Source: Naegleria gruberi (taxonomy: Eukaryota). From it: a stretch of 15,284 nucleotides of DNA. Below, piece after piece: positions 1 through 7,801 of the stretch (its first letter is position 1; each line of letters starts with the position of its first letter). A program made the position numbers and the translations under genes. The notes under the pieces are model-generated. The model ran no database searches. It was given only the letters and a program-made list of their open reading frames with translations, and was not told where the DNA came from. The stretch is from assembly GCA_000004985.1 (NCBI GenBank), contig GG738980.1, one strand, 5' to 3'.

Positions 1-256
1 TAATACTCAATAGCATAAGGGTCATCCATTGAAATATTGAATGCAGTAATAAACCATAAGAAACCATTATAGTTTCTAGTGTAATTACTTGAAGGTTTCT
101 TCCTTAATCGAAACCAACATCCCTAAATCTCTGGTTTGAAGTATAAGTTTCCATCCAGATGAGCAATTATGAACGTCGTTCCTTCGAATTTGTTCCATAA
201 TTCGGATAATGGTTTGATTAAAAGCATCCTTGAGAAACAGATAGGTACATTATGTC

Positions 257-744
257 GTCCAAAATACAAATTGTTGGTCCAGAAACATTTTGGACGAACA
301 TGTCCATTCAAGATAAATAATACGGCCCAAACGTATTTTGCTTACTGATTATTGGACGCCCAGAAAATCTCTGGACCAACACGTCCATTTTGAACGTTCA
401 ACATCAATTTGCTAGCCCACCCTTAAACAAACAGGCCAGCAACATTTTGTTTGTGCTTTTAATGATGCTCGAAAGATTCAATTCAAGAGATGTTGAGGAC
501 AAATTCAAGAAAAAAAATTCTCCAGCAACAAATCCAACAAAGAAATGACAATAAAAACAGGAGAAGTGGAGTTTCATTGATCATTTCCACTTATTAGGTA
601 TTTAATTGTGATTTTTCAATGATTTACTCATTAAAAACTCATAAACAAACTTTTTGGACAAATCTTAATTTTACCTTAACAAGTTTTTGGACATCCAAAA
701 TCAATTTGTACGTCCTTGCTTATTTTGCTTGTTCAGTCCAAAAT
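257..744. repeat. Cluster of the 8-mer GTCCAAAA and its reverse complement TTTTGGAC.
   Basis: Perfect copies: GTCCAAAA at 257..264 and 736..743; TTTTGGAC at 288..295, 652..659 and 685..692. A 7/8 copy TCCAAAAT is at 694..701. Pairs 257..265/287..295 (9-bp arms, 21-nt spacer) and 685..691/694..700 (7-bp arms, 2-nt spacer) form inverted repeats. Five perfect copies in under 500 bp, against an expectation of about 0.02. Confidence 0.9.
292..391. repeat. Imperfect 19-bp direct repeat (ggacGaacaTgtccattCa at 292..310; ggacCaacaCgtccattTt at 373..391). Each copy contains a GGAC-N6-GTCC mini-palindrome.
   Basis: Hand alignment gives 16 of 19 identical positions. Both copies are embedded in 'ttgg.cc.gaaa' contexts (274..296 and 352..378). 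Confidence 0.7.
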
Positions 745-2392
745 GTACCTATTTGTTAAAATCATCCTTCTTGTGATACTTTTTCTCTTCTTTAATAGCT
801 TTAAGAGTAGAGGCCACCAAATCGAGGAGCTCCATTCTGGAATTACAAATGTCGCTATTGATCTGGATTTGATAAGATGAATGAGAGCTTGACTGATCAA
901 TCCTATTGGAGGAACACAATAACTCACTAGTTCTTTTTCCCAAAGACTTTTGAACGCGTCGTTCTCTTTCCATGAATTGAATACAAGGGTAGTTGCCGAA
1001 CTCGTTGTTGCAAATCTGTCCACATGGTGTATTCCAAATTCTTGGTTGACTAATTCGATTAGTTCCTTGGTGGATCCCCAATCCATCAATCGACTCAACC
1101 TGTCTGCTAGGAAATTCTGTTTGGATGGGATGTAAATCACTTTGCAAATCCACCAATTTCTTCTCATTAGAATCTTTGAGATGTCTCTTGCTATCTTTGC
1201 GAGATCGTCTTTTGATCCATAACCCTTCTTTAGATATGCCACGGCTACCATGTTGTCTACTCTCAATTCGAAATTTGTGAAATCTGGATAAAGATTTAAT
1301 TCGTCTGCTTGTTTGAAATAAAGCAGTAAGGCTCTTAGTTCCTTGACATTGATGTGCTCTTCTCCATTGAACTTTCCAACAGTAACGATTGAACCTGAGT
1401 GAATGCCGAAACCTTGAGGTGTTGCATCTGAATTCACAATCACTGGGAGAATCCAATCCAATTCGAACGGATGACCATCGTTCTTTTGAATTAACTCCCT
1501 TAGAATCAATAAATCCTTGAATGCGCCTTTGTGAATTTGCATTGATGCGTGCCAACCTCTTCCTGATACTACTGAAACCATGTTCTTTCGAAGACGACAC
1601 ATGAATGGTGAAAGGTACTTGTTGGCAATTGTTAGAAATTCCAACTTTCCTAGGAACTTGGCAACTCTCTTGCATGGAACATAAAGCCGTTTCTGGGAAG
1701 CATTGAGTAGCTCCTCTATGAATTCTAAAGCTGTAATCCTTTTGTCTTCTGGAATTTTTACCAAACCTTGATGAAAGTCTAACAAAACTCCTAGGTATTC
1801 TATTAATTGAGTTGGATTTAAACAACATTTGTCTTTTTGAATGAGGAATCCAAACTCTTCTAAATCCTTTAGAACTATATCTCTGTCTAAGATCAACTGA
1901 TCTTTTGAATGATTTACCACTAAGATATCGTCTAAATAAATGAATACCGAGATTCCTCTTACTCTCCATCTTTGAACTAAGACCTTCATTATCTTGGAGA
2001 ATAATCTTGGAGCAATGTTCAGACCGAATGGTAGGCACTTGTAATGGTAAATCTGGCCGTTGTACCTGAATCCCAATAACTTTCGATCTGTTTCCTTCAC
2101 TGGAACGTGATGATAACCTTTCATCAAATCTATTTTGATTCCTAACATGTCTTTTGATAGAAACTTTAGAGTTTTGTGAATATGATCCATTTTGAATGAG
2201 TCGTTGTTTATACCAGCATTTATGGATCTCAAATCTAGGATTAGACGAAACTGGTCTTTGCCTTTCTTCGGAACCACGTGAATCGGATTTATGACAGTGT
2301 CCTTGTTTCCAATTTCTATAATATTGGTTTTGAGTAAATCTGAGATTTCGCTCTTTAACCATGAATCTTCCTTTTCTGAAAAATGAGATCTT
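733..2392 (-). CDS. pol: Partial pol polyprotein (reverse transcriptase, RNase H and conserved post-RNase H domain) of a DIRS/Ngaro-class retrotransposon. The 5' end is truncated by the N-gap. The stop codon TGA is at 735..733.
   Basis: The ORF-track 'M' at 2277 is actually GTG. I translated upstream codon by codon (2278..2391) and found no stop, so the frame is open into the gap. RT motifs read RPILDLRxLN-like 'FRLILDLRSIN', 'KIDLMKGYHHVPV', 'LPFGLNIAPRLFSKIM', the catalytic 'YLDD' (nt 1938..1927), 'GFLIQKDKC' and 'YLGVLLD'. RNase H motifs read 'DATPQGFG', 'VKELRALL', 'VDNMVAVAYL' and 'NFLADRLSR'. The C-terminal 'VDRFATT..NSWKENDAF..W...YCVPPIGLISQAL.HL......ATFVIPEWSSSIWWPLL' matches the domain that follows RNase H in DIRS-like pols (DLFASR..DAF..W..YAFPPF.LI..VL.K....A.L.AP.WP...WF). 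Confidence 0.85.
749..2392 (-). CDS. Overlapping ORF in the -1 frame relative to pol. It is at least 548 codons long, open into the N-gap, with stop TAG at 751..749. The product is a basic Ser/Arg/Lys/Gln-rich protein of unknown function.
   Basis: The ORF track lists 749..2362 (537 aa). I checked codons 2363..2392 and found no stop, so the frame continues into the gap. It ends 16 nt before the pol stop. There is no recognisable tyrosine-recombinase R..HxxR..Y signature. Long open alternative frames are very unlikely by chance in AT-rich DNA. Confidence 0.3.
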   Translation of the reverse strand, partial: KISFFRKGRFMVKERNLRFTQNQYYRNWKQGHCHKSDSRGSEERQRPVSSNPRFEIHKCWYKQRLIQNGSYSQNSKVSIKRHVRNQNRFDERLSSRSSEGNRSKVIGIQVQRPDLPLQVPTIRSEHCSKIILQDNEGLSSKMESKRNLGIHLFRRYLSGKSFKRSVDLRQRYSSKGFRRVWIPHSKRQMLFKSNSINRIPRSFVRLSSRFGKNSRRQKDYSFRIHRGATQCFPETALCSMQESCQVPRKVGISNNCQQVPFTIHVSSSKEHGFSSIRKRLARINANSQRRIQGFIDSKGVNSKERWSSVRIGLDSPSDCEFRCNTSRFRHSLRFNRYCWKVQWRRAHQCQGTKSLTALFQTSRRIKSLSRFHKFRIESRQHGSRGISKEGLWIKRRSRKDSKRHLKDSNEKKLVDLQSDLHPIQTEFPSRQVESIDGLGIHQGTNRISQPRIWNTPCGQICNNEFGNYPCIQFMERERRVQKSLGKRTSELLCSSNRIDQSSSHSSYQIQINSDICNSRMELLDLVASTLKAIKEEKKYHKKDDFNK

Positions 2393-5300
2393 NNNNNNNN
2401 NNNNNNNNNNNNNNNNNNNNNNNNNNNNNNNNNNNNNNNNNNNNNNNNNNNNNNNNNNNNNNNNNNNNNNNNNNNNNNNNNNNNNNNNNNNNNNNNNNNN
2501 NNNNNNNNNNNNNNNNNNNNNNNNNNNNNNNNNNNNNNNNNNNNNNNNNNNNNNNNNNNNNNNNNNNNNNNNNNNNNNNNNNNNNNNNNNNNNNNNNNNN
2601 NNNNNNNNNNNNNNNNNNNNNNNNNNNNNNNNNNNNNNNNNNNNNNNNNNNNNNNNNNNNNNNNNNNNNNNNNNNNNNNNNNNNNNNNNNNNNNNNNNNN
2701 NNNNNNNNNNNNNNNNNNNNNNNNNNNNNNNNNNNNNNNNNNNNNNNNNNNNNNNNNNNNNNNNNNNNNNNNNNNNNNNNNNNNNNNNNNNNNNNNNNNN
2801 NNNNNNNNNNNNNNNNNNNNNNNNNNNNNNNNNNNNNNNNNNNNNNNNNNNNNNNNNNNNNNNNNNNNNNNNNNNNNNNNNNNNNNNNNNNNNNNNNNNN
2901 NNNNNNNNNNNNNNNNNNNNNNNNNNNNNNNNNNNNNNNNNNNNNNNNNNNNNNNNNNNNNNNNNNNNNNNNNNNNNNNNNNNNNNNNNNNNNNNNNNNN
3001 NNNNNNNNNNNNNNNNNNNNNNNNNNNNNNNNNNNNNNNNNNNNNNNNNNNNNNNNNNNNNNNNNNNNNNNNNNNNNNNNNNNNNNNNNNNNNNNNNNNN
3101 NNNNNNNNNNNNNNNNNNNNNNNNNNNNNNNNNNNNNNNNNNNNNNNNNNNNNNNNNNNNNNNNNNNNNNNNNNNNNNNNNNNNNNNNNNNNNNNNNNNN
3201 NNNNNNNNNNNNNNNNNNNNNNNNNNNNNNNNNNNNNNNNNNNNNNNNNNNNNNNNNNNNNNNNNNNNNNNNNNNNNNNNNNNNNNNNNNNNNNNNNNNN
3301 NNNNNNNNNNNNNNNNNNNNNNNNNNNNNNNNNNNNNNNNNNNNNNNNNNNNNNNNNNNNNNNNNNNNNNNNNNNNNNNNNNNNNNNNNNNNNNNNNNNN
3401 NNNNNNNNNNNNNNNNNNNNNNNNNNNNNNNNNNNNNNNNNNNNNNNNNNNNNNNNNNNNNNNNNNNNNNNNNNNNNNNNNNNNNNNNNNNNNNNNNNNN
3501 NNNNNNNNNNNNNNNNNNNNNNNNNNNNNNNNNNNNNNNNNNNNNNNNNNNNNNNNNNNNNNNNNNNNNNNNNNNNNNNNNNNNNNNNNNNNNNNNNNNN
3601 NNNNNNNNNNNNNNNNNNNNNNNNNNNNNNNNNNNNNNNNNNNNNNNNNNNNNNNNNNNNNNNNNNNNNNNNNNNNNNNNNNNNNNNNNNNNNNNNNNNN
3701 NNNNNNNNNNNNNNNNNNNNNNNNNNNNNNNNNNNNNNNNNNNNNNNNNNNNNNNNNNNNNNNNNNNNNNNNNNNNNNNNNNNNNNNNNNNNNNNNNNNN
3801 NNNNNNNNNNNNNNNNNNNNNNNNNNNNNNNNNNNNNNNNNNNNNNNNNNNNNNNNNNNNNNNNNNNNNNNNNNNNNNNNNNNNNNNNNNNNNNNNNNNN
3901 NNNNNNNNNNNNNNNNNNNNNNNNNNNNNNNNNNNNNNNNNNNNNNNNNNNNNNNNNNNNNNNNNNNNNNNNNNNNNNNNNNNNNNNNNNNNNNNNNNNN
4001 NNNNNNNNNNNNNNNNNNNNNNNNNNNNNNNNNNNNNNNNNNNNNNNNNNNNNNNNNNNNNNNNNNNNNNNNNNNNNNNNNNNNNNNNNNNNNNNNNNNN
4101 NNNNNNNNNNNNNNNNNNNNNNNNNNNNNNNNNNNNNNNNNNNNNNNNNNNNNNNNNNNNNNNNNNNNNNNNNNNNNNNNNNNNNNNNNNNNNNNNNNNN
4201 NNNNNNNNNNNNNNNNNNNNNNNNNNNNNNNNNNNNNNNNNNNNNNNNNNNNNNNNNNNNNNNNNNNNNNNNNNNNNNNNNNNNNNNNNNNNNNNNNNNN
4301 NNNNNNNNNNNNNNNNNNNNNNNNNNNNNNNNNNNNNNNNNNNNNNNNNNNNNNNNNNNNNNNNNNNNNNNNNNNNNNNNNNNNNNNNNNNNNNNNNNNN
4401 NNNNNNNNNNNNNNNNNNNNNNNNNNNNNNNNNNNNNNNNNNNNNNNNNNNNNNNNNNNNNNNNNNNNNNNNNNNNNNNNNNNNNNNNNNNNNNNNNNNN
4501 NNNNNNNNNNNNNNNNNNNNNNNNNNNNNNNNNNNNNNNNNNNNNNNNNNNNNNNNNNNNNNNNNNNNNNNNNNNNNNNNNNNNNNNNNNNNNNNNNNNN
4601 NNNNNNNNNNNNNNNNNNNNNNNNNNNNNNNNNNNNNNNNNNNNNNNNNNNNNNNNNNNNNNNNNNNNNNNNNNNNNNNNNNNNNNNNNNNNNNNNNNNN
4701 NNNNNNNNNNNNNNNNNNNNNNNNNNNNNNNNNNNNNNNNNNNNNNNNNNNNNNNNNNNNNNNNNNNNNNNNNNNNNNNNNNNNNNNNNNNNNNNNNNNN
4801 NNNNNNNNNNNNNNNNNNNNNNNNNNNNNNNNNNNNNNNNNNNNNNNNNNNNNNNNNNNNNNNNNNNNNNNNNNNNNNNNNNNNNNNNNNNNNNNNNNNN
4901 NNNNNNNNNNNNNNNNNNNNNNNNNNNNNNNNNNNNNNNNNNNNNNNNNNNNNNNNNNNNNNNNNNNNNNNNNNNNNNNNNNNNNNNNNNNNNNNNNNNN
5001 NNNNNNNNNNNNNNNNNNNNNNNNNNNNNNNNNNNNNNNNNNNNNNNNNNNNNNNNNNNNNNNNNNNNNNNNNNNNNNNNNNNNNNNNNNNNNNNNNNNN
5101 NNNNNNNNNNNNNNNNNNNNNNNNNNNNNNNNNNNNNNNNNNNNNNNNNNNNNNNNNNNNNNNNNNNNNNNNNNNNNNNNNNNNNNNNNNNNNNNNNNNN
5201 NNNNNNNNNNNNNNNNNNNNNNNNNNNNNNNNNNNNNNNNNNNNNNNNNNNNNNNNNNNNNNNNNNNNNNNNNNNNNNNNNNNNNNNNNNNNNNNNNNNN

Positions 5301-6803
5301 NNNNNNNNNNNNNNNNNNNNNNNNNNNNNNNNNNNNNNNNNNNNNNNNNNNNNNNNNNNNNNNNNNNNNNNNNNNNNNNNNNNNNNNNNNNNNNNNNNNN
5401 NNNNNNNNNNNNNNNNNNNNNNNNNNNNNNNNNNNNNNNNNNNNNNNNNNNNNNNNNNNNNNNNNNNNNNNNNNNNNNNNNNNNNNNNNNNNNNNNNNNN
5501 NNNNNNNNNNNNNNNNNNNNNNNNNNNNNNNNNNNNNNNNNNNNNNNNNNNNNNNNNNNNNNNNNNNNNNNNNNNNNNNNNNNNNNNNNNNNNNNNNNNN
5601 NNNNNNNNNNNNNNNNNNNNNNNNNNNNNNNNNNNNNNNNNNNNNNNNNNNNNNNNNNNNNNNNNNNNNNNNNNNNNNNNNNNNNNNNNNNNNNNNNNNN
5701 NNNNNNNNNNNNNNNNNNNNNNNNNNNNNNNNNNNNNNNNNNNNNNNNNNNNNNNNNNNNNNNNNNNNNNNNNNNNNNNNNNNNNNNNNNNNNNNNNNNN
5801 NNNNNNNNNNNNNNNNNNNNNNNNNNNNNNNNNNNNNNNNNNNNNNNNNNNNNNNNNNNNNNNNNNNNNNNNNNNNNNNNNNNNNNNNNNNNNNNNNNNN
5901 NNNNNNNNNNNNNNNNNNNNNNNNNNNNNNNNNNNNNNNNNNNNNNNNNNNNNNNNNNNNNNNNNNNNNNNNNNNNNNNNNNNNNNNNNNNNNNNNNNNN
6001 NNNNNNNNNNNNNNNNNNNNNNNNNNNNNNNNNNNNNNNNNNNNNNNNNNNNNNNNNNNNNNNNNNNNNNNNNNNNNNNNNNNNNNNNNNNNNNNNNNNN
6101 NNNNNNNNNNNNNNNNNNNNNNNNNNNNNNNNNNNNNNNNNNNNNNNNNNNNNNNNNNNNNNNNNNNNNNNNNNNNNNNNNNNNNNNNNNNNNNNNNNNN
6201 NNNNNNNNNNNNNNNNNNNNNNNNNNNNNNNNNNNNNNNNNNNNNNNNNNNNNNNNNNNNNNNNNNNNNNNNNNNNNNNNNNNNNNNNNNNNNNNNNNNN
6301 NNNNNNNNNNNNNNNNNNNNNNNNNNNNNNNNNNNNNNNNNNNNNNNNNNNNNNNNNNNNNNNNNNNNNNNNNNNNNNNNNNNNNNNNNNNNNNNNNNNN
6401 NNNNNNNNNNNNNNNNNNNNNNNNNNNNNNNNNNNNNNNNNNNNNNNNNNNNNNNNNNNNNNNNNNNNNNNNNNNNNNNNNNNNNNNNNNNNNNNNNNNN
6501 NNNNNNNNNNNNNNNNNNNNNNNNNNNNNNNNNNNNNNNNNNNNNNNNNNNNNNNNNNNNNNNNNNNNNNNNNNNNNNNNNNNNNNNNNNNNNNNNNNNN
6601 NNNNNNNNNNNNNNNNNNNNNNNNNNNNNNNNNNNNNNNNNNNNNNNNNNNNNNNNNNNNNNNNNNNNNNNNNNNNNNNNNNNNNNNNNNNNNNNNNNNN
6701 NNNNNNNNNNNNNNNNNNNNNNNNNNNNNNNNNNNNNNNNNNNNNNNNNNNNNNNNNNNNNNNNNNNNNNNNNNNNNNNNNNNNNNNNNNNNNNNNNNNN
6801 NNN
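2393..6803. other. Run of 4,411 N (assembly gap or masked region).
   Basis: Literal n characters. The six-frame ORFs 2361..6872 and 2383..6876 are artefacts of translating N as X. Confidence 1.
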
Positions 6804-6878
6804 GTTTTACCTAGTTGTAATAAACATCGGAAATTTATTTATGAATTTACACAAAAAACTCGAGGAAGTTAAATGATC

Positions 6879-6882
<4 letters not shown>

Positions 6883-6910
<28 letters not shown>
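6883..6910. repeat. (AT)14 dinucleotide microsatellite.
   Basis: atatatatatatatatatatatatatat, read directly. Confidence 0.95.
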
Positions 6911-6913
<3 letters not shown>

Positions 6914-6924
6914 TATTTTCAACA

Positions 6925-7161
6925 TCAATTTGTTCCAGTTAATTTTAAATCCATAGCTCTAAGAACCTCGTTAAAACCATTTGTCTTTTTCTTGTTGTTA
7001 AAGTTTTTCCTTGCTTTGATGAAGGATCTGTTAAACTCCAAAACAGTATCATCTAAAAACAATTTTTCCTCTTTGTTCACATCTAATTCAACTAAAGTAT
7101 CCTTCAGCTTGTATTGTTTTCTAGCAATTGTTACATCTTGTACCTTGAAAATATCATGTTT
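6925..7161 (-). CDS. Possible 3'-terminal coding exon of 78 codons with no ATG and stop TGA at 6927..6925. The product is unknown.
   Basis: Open frame from just after a TAA (7164..7162) to the TGA. It translates to KHDIFKVQDVTIARKQYKLKDTLVELDVNKEEKLFLDDTVLEFNRSFIKARKNFNNKKKTNGFNEVLRAMDLKLTGTN, which is charged and not low-complexity. The upstream side on the minus strand (7162..7200) is pyrimidine-rich and ends in ...ttttcaag, resembling a 3' splice acceptor. This ORF is not in the supplied track because it has no start codon. Confidence 0.3.
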   Translation of the reverse strand, partial: KHDIFKVQDVTIARKQYKLKDTLVELDVNKEEKLFLDDTVLEFNRSFIKARKNFNNKKKTNGFNEVLRAMDLKLTGTN

Positions 7162-7776
7162 TTAAAACCACAAAATAATAAAATAATAAATTAAGACAAA
7201 TGGATTAAAAGCTCAAGGATTGAGACACCAATTAGTGAATCAACCTTGGAACCTGCTTTAAAGGATATAAATCTTTATTTAGCAGGTCCCTAGAAATTAA
7301 AGTCTCAAAATTATGAAAAACTTATCGATAGTTTTGAAGCTAAAGATAAGAAAAAACATAGAGTATGTGAATAAATTGTAAAACCTGTGTCTTCCATGAA
7401 GAAACAGAAAGCTAATTGAAGGAGAAGAACTTTCCAATTTGGGATATTCGAAACTTCGAGACTAAAGTAGTCAATTTGAGTAAGAAAGTGAAAAGCAACT
7501 GCATACATTGGAAGAATCACCAAAAAGTAAATGAATAACAAATAGAAAGTCCTAAAATCACCATTAATATATAAAAATCTATATGAATTTTCTGAAACAA
7601 ATGGAATGAAAAATAAAATGATTCGAATCTATTAGAAACTGTCATCCAAAAAATAAGTTAGTGAATAAATGTAAAAATTGCACATCTTGAATGTACACAG
7701 CCGCACTCTGAAATTAGCCCACTTACTGGGTGCTAATGAGCGAAATAAAGGCTGAAAAATTGTAAATACTAATTAA

Positions 7777-7793
7777 GGGTGGGTATGGGTGGG
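7777..7793 (+). promoter_or_regulatory. Canonical G-quadruplex motif GGGTGGGTATGGGTGGG.
   Basis: Four G3 tracts separated by loops of 1, 3 and 1 nt. It starts 8 nt beyond the stop (7804..7802) of the minus-strand ORF 7802..8326. It is the only such G-rich block in the readable sequence. Confidence 0.5.
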
Positions 7794-7801
7794 ACTTTGC
7801 C

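Larger units (their letters stand above)
1..2392 (-). mobile_element. 3' portion of a DIRS/Ngaro-like tyrosine-recombinase-class retrotransposon. The boundaries are unknown: the 5' part lies in the N-gap and the 3' end lies in or beyond 1..732.
   Basis: The pol domains and their order are diagnostic of the DIRS order. The flank downstream of the pol stop is dense in repeated GTCCAAAA/TTTTGGAC motifs and short inverted repeats, as expected for terminal or internal complementary repeat regions. Confidence 0.55.

Noticed and set aside
123-341. Minus-strand small ORF (TTG start at 311, open back to 341) in the element's 3' flank. I checked it as a possible tyrosine-recombinase remnant.
   Set aside because: It is 73 codons with no ATG and has no R..HxxR..Y or other recombinase-like residues. 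It lies in the motif-rich non-coding region.
950-1135. 61-aa plus-strand ORF antisense to pol.
   Set aside because: It is short and lies inside a clearly coding region on the opposite strand, so it is probably an antisense by-product.
2275-2277. The ORF-track start codons at 2277, 8326, 8427, 14846 and 311, all rendered as 'M'.
   Set aside because: These are GTG or TTG, not ATG (checked base by base). They should not be taken as translation starts in a eukaryote. The true ORF boundaries extend upstream to the next stop or into the gap.
2361-6876. Six-frame ORFs of about 1,500 aa (2361..6872 + and 2383..6876 +) consisting almost entirely of X.
   Set aside because: They exist only because runs of N are translated as X. 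Only about 30 nt on either side are real sequence.
7311-7541. 76-aa minus ORF (MLFIYFLVILPMYAVAFHFL...).
   Set aside because: It is a hydrophobic low-complexity translation of AT-rich DNA with no supporting features. It could be chance.
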